Notes under the pieces: model-generated | Told to the model about the DNA's origin: nothing | Databases searched by the model: none | What the model saw: only the letters and a program-made list of their open reading frames with translations | Source of the DNA: Mayamaea pseudoterrestris | Lineage: Eukaryota | Assembly (NCBI GenBank): GCA_027923505.1 | Contig: BROI01000013.1 | Coordinates: 62,001-126,000, forward strand | Direction of reading: 5' to 3' | Length of the DNA stretch: 64,000 nucleotides | Program-made: the position numbers and the translations under genes | Shown: positions 21,946 to 33,696 of the stretch, piece after piece | How positions within the stretch are numbered: the first letter of the stretch is position 1 | Layout of the letters: every line of letters begins with the position of its first letter

Positions 21946-24021
21946 TTAAGCATTTAATTTATCTACTGAAAAAGTCGGTGCCGGCCTTTTGAATACTTGC
22001 TCATAAAGTATTCGCTTAGGCGCATCTTTGTACGGATCCAACTCTCTTGCGCAAAGTAAGTCGTCAATCCCTTGCCGTACTTGATCCTGCACTTGAAAGT
22101 ATACTTTTGCACAAGCCTCTTTGTCATTCGGATCTACGCCCTTCAAATTCATTGGCAGTCCAAACAAAAAGTAGTTGCGAGCCGGCAGTTTCGGCACAAG
22201 AATGGGAAAGCCAATCGTTTCATTTACATTCCTCTCGTCAAAACGTGCCGAACTAATATTTGCACTTAAAAGTTTCAACTGGTCCCCAAGAATGGGAATC
22301 TCTGCAATTTGTCTTGGCTCAGCCAGTATATTGACCGAATCAACCATACCAATCGCAGACAATGGCACAATAGTTGCGTTAAACTTTGCGGCGGTACGAA
22401 CAAAGTCTACCTTTGTTGGCCAAAAAAGCGGATAGTCTGTCCGCCCACTCTGTGCTTCCTTGGCACCACCTGGAAAGAGCAACGCGTCTTGCCCAGACTG
22501 CATGAGTCGATAGTAATTTTTCGGAGATACTAGCACTGCACCAAATGCTTGAAAGGACTCTCGCATATCGATGCCACTCTCATGATTTAATCCAGGCAGC
22601 CGACCATTCAACTCGCCCGGTCGTCCTTCGCTTCCAAAAAAGGTAATGGGATGGGCCAAACCACGTGGCCATAAGTTGCACTGCTTCCACAACTCGGTAA
22701 GTATCATGCCTAGATCAAGTCCAGCCAACTGGTGATTACCAACCACCAAAATGGGTCCTTCATCCATTCTTTCGTCCTGAACACCACTGAACGTTTGTCG
22801 TGTCGGTGCCGGAAACTTGATGAGCCCCTTCCATCGCTTGCCTTGTGCATCAGTGCTAAACCACACGGGGCTGTGAGCCATCACCAGTGGTTTCACGCGT
22901 GAATTAAAGGCGCGGTCAATGGCCTCCTGGTTTGGCAACACCCAGTCATAAATTGTATCATGTGTTTTCTTGGTCAGCCTCCAATTCAAAGGGTCAATGG
23001 CTGAGTAAAGCACTGCCTCTGTTATATTAATTGATCCGTCGAGCACCAGATGGCCACGCTGACTCACAACAATCTTTTCTGCGTTTAGTATAGCGTCCAT
23101 CAATTGGTCGGCTTCACTGTCACTGGGCAGCATTTTGTCTTGTTTCCCAACCATGATTAATGTTGGCACGTCAATCTTATTCAGGCGAGACTTTACGACG
23201 GATGCGCCAATCATCAACCACTGGATGCGATGCTTGAGCAGGTGTGATGGCAAACGAGCTTCTGTCTCCCGAATGGCGTCAAAACTTGTTTCAAGCAAGT
23301 CTTGTGGCGAACTATTTGACGACGACGGCGACGACAATGACGAGAATATTATACGGATAAGCTCGCGAATCTGCTCATTGTCGGGAACAGTGGCTGCCAA
23401 CGCGAGACTTCCAAGTATTGAATATGGACTGGGCAATCGACTACCGGTACTGTTGCTTTTAGACCCAGTCATGTCATCAAGCATGCTCAACTGCGGAGCG
23501 ATTATGTCCCATGACGTTCGATCAAACGATGTGGCAGGATTAACCATGACGAGTCCCTTTAGAATGTTACGTTCCGCAAGCTGAATGGCACATGCCGCAG
23601 CAAAGAGTCCCCCGCAACTCTCTCCAATGAGCGTCACCGGCTGTGAGTTATTCAAATACAAATCATGAACAAAGTTAACGATATGATTCGTCACTTGCTG
23701 AAAGGAAGTCCGGTCGTCGGAGTCAATGAAAAGCCGATAAAAGTCAAAGGTGTTGGACATGTCATGGAACTGATGAGTAGCGGCCGAAATGCCATAGCCA
23801 TCAAGACCAGGAAGGTAGACTGCGATTGGTTTCTTGTTATTCTTATCGCTTGCCGTCTCATTGAAAACCTTATCAAAGCGAATCGTTGGACTCGCGTGAT
23901 AGGAAACACTCGATGGCACTGCCAGTGCCTCATAGACGCTTCGAAAGGACGAGGCGAGATCTTGCGGTTTCTGGATTGCCAACAGAAACGGCAGGCACGA
24001 TGATAAGCCGCTACACCTCAT
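21946..24021 (-). CDS. Esterase/lipase/thioesterase-family acyltransferase (phytyl ester synthase PES/PYP1-like): alpha/beta hydrolase plus DAGAT domain
   Basis: YLPGLDG, GESCGG nucleophile elbow, NPATSF, VGNHQLAGLD (HxxxxD), RGLAHP, LLFPGGAKEA, FVRTAAKFNATIVP. Confidence 0.88.
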   Translation of the reverse strand: MRCSGLSSCLPFLLAIQKPQDLASSFRSVYEALAVPSSVSYHASPTIRFDKVFNETASDKNNKKPIAVYLPGLDGYGISAATHQFHDMSNTFDFYRLFIDSDDRTSFQQVTNHIVNFVHDLYLNNSQPVTLIGESCGGLFAAACAIQLAERNILKGLVMVNPATSFDRTSWDIIAPQLSMLDDMTGSKSNSTGSRLPSPYSILGSLALAATVPDNEQIRELIRIIFSSLSSPSSSNSSPQDLLETSFDAIRETEARLPSHLLKHRIQWLMIGASVVKSRLNKIDVPTLIMVGKQDKMLPSDSEADQLMDAILNAEKIVVSQRGHLVLDGSINITEAVLYSAIDPLNWRLTKKTHDTIYDWVLPNQEAIDRAFNSRVKPLVMAHSPVWFSTDAQGKRWKGLIKFPAPTRQTFSGVQDERMDEGPILVVGNHQLAGLDLGMILTELWKQCNLWPRGLAHPITFFGSEGRPGELNGRLPGLNHESGIDMRESFQAFGAVLVSPKNYYRLMQSGQDALLFPGGAKEAQSGRTDYPLFWPTKVDFVRTAAKFNATIVPLSAIGMVDSVNILAEPRQIAEIPILGDQLKLLSANISSARFDERNVNETIGFPILVPKLPARNYFLFGLPMNLKGVDPNDKEACAKVYFQVQDQVRQGIDDLLCARELDPYKDAPKRILYEQVFKRPAPTFSVDKLNA

Positions 24022-24208
24022 CTTCTGTATTTCCTACGGCGTATCTCCGAACGTAGGAGTATGTGCCGATTCACCGTCACGTTGTAATGATCGAAGTTGG
24101 CGGGGGTCACAGGAGGTACGATAGGAACGAACGTCAGTCCCGATGAGTCACCATATCAACAATTGCAACACAGTTTATATTTAGAACACCGAGCGAAATA
24201 TGACAGTA

Positions 24209-24290
24209 GACAACGTGGCCGAGTGGTTAAGGCGATGGATTGCTAATCCATTGCTCTTTGAGCGCGTGTGTTCGAATCACACCGTTGTCG
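24209..24290 (+). tRNA. tRNA-Ser(GCT)
   Basis: Acceptor stem GACAACG/CGTTGTC, D-loop TGGCCGAGTGGTTAAGGC, anticodon GCT 24242-24244, long variable arm, TTCGAATC T-loop, downstream T5 Pol III terminator. Confidence 0.97.
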
Positions 24291-24630
24291 ACACTTTTTG
24301 GTAGACTTGATTATCCTGAAACTGTTTTGCCACCAGAACCAGCATCTACAGGTGGAGCCAGAATGCTTTCCAATGTGTTGCTGTAATGGATTTGACGCAT
24401 GGTTGCTCAAGTAAGGTTATATTCTGATGCAAGTCATTTTCAGATCCCTGCTACCAGTCAGCATTTTAAAACATCAATCCATGGCAGTGAGCAATACACT
24501 ATACATACATTGTAATGGAGTGTCCATTCAACCACAACCACATCCATAAACCGAGCCCCCTACCGTAGAAGGAATCGCATCGGTTCTCAATTTGAAAAAA
24601 GTTCCGACGCGCAGGCATTCCCCAACCACC

Positions 24631-26583
24631 ATGGTACCTCCATCGTCCAAGCAAACGCGCCCTAAATGGTTTGCCGACTTGGACATTTACCGAAAGGTTC
24701 CGACCGACTTGATGGAGTCATCGGCGGAGGGAAATGTTTTTTCATGGTTTGTTTTGGTCTGCATTCTCGGACTGCTTTTCCGAGAGACGCTCGATTTTGT
24801 CACTCCAAAGCTCATGATGGATCTATCCATTGACTCCTCGCGAAGCTCCACTGCCGAAAGTAAGATGCAAGTTGATTTCAATATCACTCTTCTTGATCTT
24901 AGATGTCAGGTGAGTATATCTGCAATCTGGGGCAGCGTTTGAGCTCATTCATTCTTCATATTGCAGCTCACAGACATTCACGCATTATGCTGCTGCCGCA
25001 TCATCTCACTTCACAGCACGCTACCATCAATGTTGTATCAGTCTTGGGAAACGAGCAGAACATCACCAAGAACATTCAGCGCTACGACTTGGACAGTGCT
25101 GGGATTCAGCGCCAACTCGCGCGCAAAAATCCCGACCAGCACGACATTCTACACTTTGACGAATCCGTCCATGAGAGTCTCGAGTTTTTGCATTTAAACG
25201 GGGAGGACGCAGCGAGTCTAAACGAAGAGACTCTCAGCTATGCGCTTGAGGATTACGAGTATGTCTTTGTCAACTACTTTGCACCCTGGTGTTCACATTG
25301 TTTAAAGTGTGAGTCTGGTGACTCCGGTTGATGGCCATTTCTCGCGAGCAGCACCTTACCTCACTGAGCATTCTCTACCGACACCAATCGCAGTACATCC
25401 CACGTGGGAAAAGTTTGCCGAAATTATGCACGACGTGGTAACAAATACGTCACTGACCAAGGATGCTGGTGGACTGTCAGTGGAAGAGATTGCAGCATAC
25501 AAGGAGGTCGATGCTAAGGAACATCCAGTCCTGGTCGCAAAGGTTGATTGTGTGCAGAATGCAGCGCTTTGTGCCAATGAGGGTATCATGGCATATCCGT
25601 CGCTTATACTCTATGTCAATGGAGGACGGGCCTTGGTAAGTGTTTGTTGCATTCTGGTGCATTCAGCAGTCGTATGACTTACCTTGGTCAAATCAAAACG
25701 AGCTCACACTATTTACGTTTATTAGGGGGGCTCGTATCACGGCCATCGAACGATCAAAGCATTCTTCCAGGCTCTGATCTCGGTGGAACAGCGCGTCAAC
25801 AAAGATCCAGATGCTAAAAAGTCCGTCGAGGAACACACGCATCGGGCACTGGAGCAGCATTTTAACATGACCAAGGATCACGAGGAATGGTTAACCGCCA
25901 TGGCTCGGAGTAAGGAAAATCATAGAATCATATGGAACCCAGAGGATCACCCTGGGTGTTTGATCACAGGCACGCTTCACTTGAATCGTGTACCGGGTCG
26001 TTTTTACATTCGAGCCAATGGCGCATCGGCTGGGTATGATTTCGACCCGTATAAGACGAACATGTCGCACGAGATCAATCATTTATCTTTTCGGCAAGTA
26101 ACTGGAGATGCTAAAGCGGACCAAAACTATTATCGACACGAGGTGAGGCCAGCAAACTTCGACAAAAAGACTTGCCCATTTGACGGCAACGTTTACGCCA
26201 ACTCTGCTCTCCACGAATCATTCCATCACTACGTCAAACTGGTTCCAACCAACACGAATCACTACCAAGTAATCCAAAGCTCTCAGCTCTCGCTTTACCA
26301 AGATACTGTCGTGCCGGAAGCCAAGTTTCAGTTGGACTTTTCGCCCATTGCCGTCTCGTATCGCATCCAGAAACGCCCTTGGTACGACTATGTGACGACA
26401 GTTCTGGCTATTGTCGGAGGCACTTTCACTATCTTTGGCATGATGGGAACTATTGCACGAGCCGCTCACCGTCGAATTATAACTGTACCGCGCAAAACTA
26501 TACGCAAGGGGCCACAGCAGGCGAAGCGAGATATTCACTACCAACAACAAGTACCAATAGCGGTCGCCACGAGTTATCGATGA
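24631..26583 (+). CDS. ERGIC/Erv41-Erv46 family protein with internal thioredoxin domain (PDI-C type); introns 24910-25016, 25309-25393, 25636-25725
   Basis: LDIYRKVPTDL plus TM, FAPWCSHC, VAKVDC, AYPSL, GCLITGTLHLNRVPGRF, NMSHEINHLSF, DFSPIAV plus C-terminal TM; all three GT-AG introns keep frame. Confidence 0.9.
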
Positions 26584-26677
26584 TGCAGTTGCTGCATTGC
26601 AACGATTGTTAACGCTAATATAGCTACTATAAAACTATAATGAATATGAATATGTCAGATTAACGGGTTGCAGCGCT

Positions 26678-27679
26678 TTACATTATAGAGCCATCCTTTT
26701 CTTCGTCAACGACTTCCGTATCGCACATTGATATGCGCAGCATAGTATGCACTAAACTTTCACGCTGTCGAAAGTGCGCCGACGACCGAATGGAAGCTTC
26801 AATGCGGTCCTCGCTTTCGTCCACCGATCCCAGGGAAATGGACGAAGCATCGTCGGGCCCGAGGGACGGCCATGATTCGAAGCGCATACGATTTCCCGCG
26901 CTCATGCAGTCATCATCGACTTGAGCTGCGTCTAAACTATTCTTGATCAAGTACTGCTGGTGCTCCTCAGGTCCAGGAATAAATTCACTCATGAGCGACA
27001 TATTTGTGGTGATAAAACGCGCATTGTAGCATTCGCGGAGCAGGCCATGGTCCAGCAGCTCCTGCGCCTCCATGCGAACCTTTTTTGCAACATTGTATTG
27101 CTCCTGATCGCCGCAGAAGATCCACGAGGCATACTGAAAGCCTCTATGGTTGCCTTGTCTATATTTGGTGGTTGGATCATGTATTTGAAAGAAAAAGCGA
27201 ATCAAATCTTCAAAGTCGTTGACTGGATCAGCGAGTTCGACGAAAACAACCATGACGTGACCTGATGTTCCCGACATGACTTGTTCGTAGGTTGGAAGCT
27301 TGGCCTGTTCATCGTCGTCATCGCTTGCACTTCCATGTCCATGATAGTACGGACTCATGAAGCCAGCGCGAGTGAATCGTACCGCCCCTGGTCGACGAAC
27401 AGACGCGAATTCTCGCAGGATCATGGATTCTACGTTGCAGTAAGGTCCAGCGGCTAGCGCAACAAACGGCGAAACACTGTCGGAAAGGCCGCACTGAATT
27501 GTCGTTGGAGGAGGAAGAGTCGTCATGGATCCATGGAGACTGGAGCGGAGGTTGCTGAGACTGAGCTTGCCTACAAAACTCTTCATGGAAGATTTGGACG
27601 AACCCCATGATGAGTCAATGTGCTTGCGCGCCTTTTTGAATCGCATGGCTCGTGTGACTTGAAGCTTTTTTAAGGCCAT
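26678..27679 (-). CDS. Peptide methionine sulfoxide reductase MsrA-like protein with degenerate active site
   Basis: PTYEQVMSGTSGH, FFQIHDPTT..RQGN.RG.QYAS, EEHQQYL; GC(F/Y)W motif replaced by GPYC. Confidence 0.75.
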   Translation of the reverse strand: MALKKLQVTRAMRFKKARKHIDSSWGSSKSSMKSFVGKLSLSNLRSSLHGSMTTLPPPTTIQCGLSDSVSPFVALAAGPYCNVESMILREFASVRRPGAVRFTRAGFMSPYYHGHGSASDDDDEQAKLPTYEQVMSGTSGHVMVVFVELADPVNDFEDLIRFFFQIHDPTTKYRQGNHRGFQYASWIFCGDQEQYNVAKKVRMEAQELLDHGLLRECYNARFITTNMSLMSEFIPGPEEHQQYLIKNSLDAAQVDDDCMSAGNRMRFESWPSLGPDDASSISLGSVDESEDRIEASIRSSAHFRQRESLVHTMLRISMCDTEVVDEEKDGSIM

Positions 27680-28428
27680 GCTCTTGTCGTTGCTGTAAAA
27701 TGTTTGTCTTCTGTCTTGTTTGGCTCGCTAGAAGAATAGATTGTGTTGTTCCGTCCCGATTTCAACGGGTTGTTGACTCGCTCATTGCATGCATGGATGG
27801 AGGGAACTTTTAAAATCAACAGCAAATGGCGGGAACCAAATCGAAGCCGCGCTTGTTCTCATCCAATGAAAGATCGTTGCCACGTAGGAAGCAATCAACG
27901 ATGACGTGTTTCGTCGCCAAATGAGTACCGGTGTGATTATCCCATGTATGACGTCATCACATCGATCCATTGGTTCAAGTTTGGCGCGAACCAGAAAAGA
28001 AACAGCTCGGGGTGGAATTCTGCGAAGCGAGTCGGCACAGGGCCCATCACAAATGACGGACGCCGCAGCAAGACCCGAGAGAGAGGCGAGCAAGACGAAG
28101 AAGATATCAGTAGTTATTAGTACTGTTACAGATATAAGAAAGGGTTTGAAACCTTGTAGCAACAAATTATCGCAAGCAAAGCAGCATCGGCTACAGGGAA
28201 TCGTAATTGATCACACCAAGTTCCGACTTGCCGCTTGACGACGTTTGACATCACGTCAGCGCTACGTGGAGACGTGCTTTCTCTACTCTTGCAACTGCTT
28301 TCATTCAGCAAGCTTTGGATACGCGGCTTTCTCATTCTGTCATCATAAGACCTTGTCAGCTAGAGCAGAGTCAAGGAGGAGCGAACCAGTGAAGAAGATT
28401 CGCTCGTAAATCTGCCGCCGAATTCGAC

Positions 28429-31400
28429 ATGCGAACATCGCTGCAGCGACCTTCTAATGGCAGTAGCAGCAGCATGAACGACAATGACAAGTTCATTCCG
28501 CATCAAGGATCACTCAGTCGAGTCGATGACGGCGACAGAGCATATGTGATTGAAATTTTAGTCAAGCTGCATAATCATGACGCCGACGATGCTGCAAGTT
28601 CCAACTCGGGAGGCGTTTCCTATCACCACGAACTAGCGTATACGAGACGCGATTTCATGTTTTCGCAGCGATTGTTTCAAATTTTGGATACGGAGAGTCG
28701 GGGATTCGTTGATCGAGAAATTGTAAAGGAATTTGTCCTACTGCGTTGCCCTGTCTTTTGGAGGCGCGACGAGGATTTGAAGAATTTCATTGGTCTCAAG
28801 GAAGAGCAAAACAGGAGCAATAGTAAAATCTGTACACATTCATTATCTACAAGTCCGACCTTTGACGAAATTTGGACGTCCGTCGCAGCCTGCAGCAGCA
28901 ATGGCAGTATTCGTCACAATATAACCAGCGTCACTACGCTTGGCGTTGAGGGATGGATGGTCTTTTGTCGATTCGTGGCCCTTGCTCAGTATTTGGAAGC
29001 CAAGCGACGATTTTCTGCCAGACACTTGCAGCAGACCATGCGACAACGAAACGCGCCACGTGGAAGTGAACTTGTAATGGTCAATGTTCCGCCCATGGAA
29101 CAGCCGGCGGAATTATCGCCAGTTCAACTCGCAAATCATGAAAAGAGGTCAAAGGCAGCACTCCCATTGCCGGAACTGGACTTGGATCATGTTCTCGTGG
29201 CGGCGCATGATGCCTTGAGGTCGCGCCCATTAGGAACGAGATTGGGCTCGGTTAAAATTTGCCTGTTTGGATCATCATCCGCAGGCGCTTCAACATTTTC
29301 ATCGGCGCCAACAGCTAGTGCCATAGAAAGTTTGGAGTTTGCAGTCACTTATACCAAGCACTTGGGTCAAGTATCTTCGTCGTTGGTATCCTCGCAATTG
29401 GAGGAAGTTGTGGCGCGACGGTCCATGCAGGATTTGCAGTGGCTACATGCCACGTTTGACTCACACAAGGTTCTAGGCGGCACGCTTTGTGGACGAATTC
29501 TGCCTCGCTTTCACACGGAGGAATCGTCGTCATCTACAAGTCAGGCGCTTGTTCACTTTCAGCGAGACTTGGAGGACTCGCGGTTCTCGGTCAGATCAAC
29601 GGGCGGAGCCATTTCCGCAGTGGCGACGGCGAGTGTAGGCAAACTGCGTGACGCTGCCTTGTCTTTTCGAAGCTACATGAGCACTGGCTACGCGGCAAAC
29701 AATAATGGCTTGGATGATGCACGGTCCTCTGGCAAATTGGCGACCTCGACTAGGAGGCACACGAAAGCGTTTGGAATGGTTCGGAGTTGTTTGCCGGAAA
29801 GTTATTACAATCCAAATTCACCAGAAGGTCGCATGCGTCACTTGGAACGTTATCTAAATTATTTGCTCGAGCATCCCGCGCTATCGACGTCGTTTCCGCT
29901 GAATACTATTCTCAGAAGCAGTCAGTCTGGGTTGGAAGCTGCAAAGGAAATGTTGGTTTTATGCGACAAGTCACGCCACGAAATGAATGACCAAGCGCCC
30001 CACTTGGAAGATGGCCAGGCGAGCAATAGCAGTAGCAATAGCGGCATGGTAACCAATTTTGCCTGGGTACGAACGGCGGCGCAAGCGGCCATGGCGCTCC
30101 ACGTGCACGGCATGTTGGAGACGACGGGGTTGTCGTCGGCAAGTGCTCGATTGCAACACGCGTCTCTTCCTCTGTTGTCACGAGTTGGAAACTGGGACGA
30201 AGAAGAGCGGCGCAACATAAGTGTGGTGTCTGTAACAGAAAGCAGAGGCGAAGAGAAGCGTGTCGATTTTGAAGAAGGTGTCATTTCAGTCATGAGTGAG
30301 CTGCAGTCCGACCCATGCTCCGTTACAGCGGAAGATGACTACGACCTTTTGCCATTGCCATTGCCGGCTCCCGAGCGACGCATATTGAGCGAAGGGAGTG
30401 ATCTTGGTGTTGCAAGTGTTAATTCACGCGAATCGCGTTTTCATTACGGAAATCGTTCACCAAGTGCGAGCTTCCAGCGTGAGGGAGATGATGGTGAATA
30501 CAGAAGTGGTGTTTTAAGCGACATGGCCGTTGACGACAACATTGACAAGCTTCGGGAGGTCATTGGTTCAGTTGATAACACGTTGTCAAGGTGTTTGGCG
30601 AGTTGTGGATCCATTGGAAAGGCTGATAGGGATCGACAATATTTGCATTTAGATGTGGTACGCAGCTTGGATTCGTTTGCCGGAATGCGCGGCAAGTTTG
30701 TATCGCAGCGGTCGCTGATGAAAGGAGTTGCTGGCATCGAGCAAAGCGGAGCCTTATACGAGGAAGCGTACATCAGTATGATCGATGGTAGGCTGTTATT
30801 GTTGTCGTGACGTCATTGTTCATTAACTTATTTCGACTCAACTTTATCGTCACAAAATTGCCGACCAGACTTGTCATGGCAAACGTCCCTGTCAAGGTCA
30901 GCAGTATCGGCAGCGGAAGACGTTAGGTCATCAGTGCGAGCGTCGCGCGTGGCGGCCAATGCAAAGGCGGCGGCAATCTCTGCCGCATTGTCAGCCCATT
31001 CGGCTTGTGAATCTGGAGCGTTTAACAGTATAGAGGAAGCTCGAGCGGCGCAGACGCGCTCATCCATTGCGCAAAGTCATGCGATCCACGCTGCTGTCGT
31101 CGAGCACGAGGCCAAGACAGTGAAGCGACGAGCGACGCTGGCTTTAGCGAATGATGTGAAGGTTTGGAATATCCACCGCAAGCGCGAAATGTTGCTGAGC
31201 AGCATTGTCTACGCACGATCCCAGCACGAGGCGACTCGCCGCGCGGTGGATGCTTGGTCGAGCCTCCGCGATGGTTTTGTCGGCAGTACAATGATTCCAA
31301 TTATACCGACGGACCGGCGAACTGTTGTATCGTCTTGTTCTCGTCGTTTGAGTGGCTTATCGTTTGCGGAACACTGTGAAGTAACTGCGACAATCTACGA

Positions 31401-31803
31401 GGCGGAGGCGACGATTGTAGCGACGGAACATCCTTTGCTTTCTTCGTCTACAGTTCCAGTCGCTGATGCAGACGAAACGAATGACAAGGAAGCTAGTATT
31501 GACTTTGAAAATCAATCGGAGCAATTGATTTTGCCTTTTGCCATGGCGTCTCCCGTTTTTGACGCGGGCGACGACAGAAATGTCGTGACACGGTCCTCGC
31601 CGCATGGTAGCAGTTCGCTAAAGAGCAGCTCTGGATGTGCTGATTACAGCTTGTCACCTGGAGATGGAATGAGTGCCTCTATGCAGAGTCTAGTGGATGG
31701 TTTAATGACATGGGGCGGAGGTTTGGAGTTTGAGGAGGACCACTTTGCCTTGCCGCTCGGCATGGCTGCGAGCATTGTCATGGAGGGAAGCATGATGGGA
31801 TGA
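28429..31803 (+). CDS. Sorting-nexin-like protein (EF-hand-like N-terminus, split PX domain, BAR-like coiled coil); intron 30788-30868
   Basis: LFQILDTESRGFVDRE; RRSMQDLQWLH..GRILPRF..RMRHLERYLNYLLEHPAL (PX pattern); Ala-rich helical C-terminal region. Confidence 0.65.
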
Positions 31804-31914
31804 CATTCTAATGAGGTTATGCATATCACTTGTACAACCGGTATTACTTTGATTTTTGAATTTACATGCAGTCTAGGTATTACTTGGTAGATACAATCAA
31901 TTACTGCACCTCTC

Positions 31915-32343
31915 TTACTCCTTGCGTGAGGAAGCTCCAGTGCCGACTCTGTTGTTCGTCGGCTTGCTGCTTTTGGTCACCTCCTTCTTGCTTGATTTGG
32001 AAGGTTCATAGGAGTAATCCGCCAAGGCCGCCGAAAGCGATTTGCTTTGTTCCGCCGGAGTCTCCAGTTGGAACCCTCCCTTTTCCAAGCGATTGTTGGT
32101 TTCGTAAGCTTGAATGTTCATGGCTTGCGTTACAGCTGACCCTTGTCCACCTCCCACGTCGACAAACTCGTACGCTGATGCTACTGCTGGAGCTGCTACG
32201 AGTGTAACGACTCCAACTCTAATGAAGGCTCGACGTGATGTGACTGGCAACGAATAAAAAGGCAACGATGGCGTTGGAGCCACCGCTAATGCTGAGGTGA
32301 ACGGCAAGATCAGGAGCATTGCTGACAAGACAATATCAATCAT
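31915..32343 (-). CDS. Small hypothetical protein, predicted thylakoid-lumen (Tat) target
   Basis: Signal peptide, short transit region, SRRAF twin-arginine, hydrophobic stretch, ASA cleavage motif. Confidence 0.65.
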   Translation of the reverse strand: MIDIVLSAMLLILPFTSALAVAPTPSLPFYSLPVTSRRAFIRVGVVTLVAAPAVASAYEFVDVGGGQGSAVTQAMNIQAYETNNRLEKGGFQLETPAEQSKSLSAALADYSYEPSKSSKKEVTKSSKPTNNRVGTGASSRKE

Positions 32344-32644
32344 TCTTACTATCGTCTTTATAGTGCAAAGTGTGATCTAGTACCGTATCTACCAAGGTTC
32401 ATTCAGGCAGGAGCGGTTTGCTTTCGAAACGCAAAAAAAAATTATCATGGTCACCAGGGCAGACCGAGTTTCAAAACGCTGGAGGGCGTCGCACCACGTT
32501 TCACGTCTTACCGGTTAAATGTGAGTGCCGGTGCGTCGACGGTCACGCATTCTGAACCCAAGGATTCGTTTGTCCGCCATCCACCATGGCGACAAGCAGA
32601 CTTGACGCAGTTCCTACGTTTGCTTTACAACTAATAAAAGAGCC

Positions 32645-33480
32645 ATGTTCTTAAGTAGTATTCCAACAGAGTCTTCGTCTTTTGACAAGACGGGATTATC
32701 GCGACAGAGTCTTTCAATTAGCATTGAGCACTTGGAGCACTTGCGACTCAACAGCATGAGTATGCTCGCTAGCATTCACAGCCGCGTCGGCCTGGATACG
32801 GTAAGTATACAGGCAATCTCTCAATTCATCATCTAACATTAAGACTATCGACTAAATGTTGATGCGTGAATTTGATCTATTAATTGCAGCTACGACCTTT
32901 GCCAATGTTTCTCGGCTTGAATGCGACTCCAGGCTTTTGCCTTTCGGTTGGATCTTTTACTCCACCCATTAGAAAGGTCGACAAGAACGCTCCAGAAAAG
33001 GTCAAGAGTCGAATGTACCTTAATCTCGCTTTCTTTCTTACAAACTACGTCCTCATTGCTGCTATGGTGGCTCTCGTCGTCATGCTTTTGCACCCCTCCA
33101 GCATTTTCGTGCTTATTATTGTTTATGCACTTTGGAAGACGCATTCCTTCCTAATTCGAAATGAAGTCGACCTCTTTGGAATACATGTTCACAGCCTGCT
33201 TACAATACAACAGCGTTTCTACGTGAACCTGGTTGTCACGTTTGTATTGGTTGTCTGGAAATGCCTCATTCCAACCTTTTCTATAATACTTGTCTCGGGA
33301 ATTTTGATTACTGGACACGCATTTTTACGAGATCCAAAGCAGATTGAACAGAGTAGCAAATTCTTGCTTCAGAATGTCAGCTGCGACGACGATGATGGCG
33401 ACGAGGAGACGGACTTGGAGGGAGGGCGACCAACGACAGAGCGCAAAGCTCTAATGGATGAGCGGGGAGACTTCGAGTAA
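32645..33480 (+). CDS. PRA1 (prenylated Rab acceptor) family protein; intron 32801-32889
   Basis: LRPL..F, SRMYLNLAFFLTNY, two long hydrophobic hairpins, GHAFLRDP, acidic tail; exact start uncertain. Confidence 0.8.
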
Positions 33481-33696
33481 CAGATTGACGCAGATTCGCA
33501 CGCAGGGTATGCTGCTGCTTGGCTGTTTAAATGAACGATCTGTTATTATAGAATTGGGTTTCGTTACATTTGCAAGGCGTTACATAATTTCGAGCTTCAC
33601 AGCACATTACATGGTTGAATAGAGCAAAGCGGTTTGTGTAAACAAACTTGAGTCATCATTATCAAATTTGTGTCAATTCGCCAGTCATTCATTTCG

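Noticed and set aside
32586..32654. Upstream ATG in good context overlapping the PRA1 start (uORF or alternative first exon)
   Set aside because: Cannot be resolved without transcripts; may just reflect an unrecognised intron
15844..33480. Functional cluster of secretory-pathway genes (bZIP, AP3M, PDI-C, SNX, PRA1)
   Set aside because: Interspersed with unrelated genes; such genes are common, so chance is sufficient
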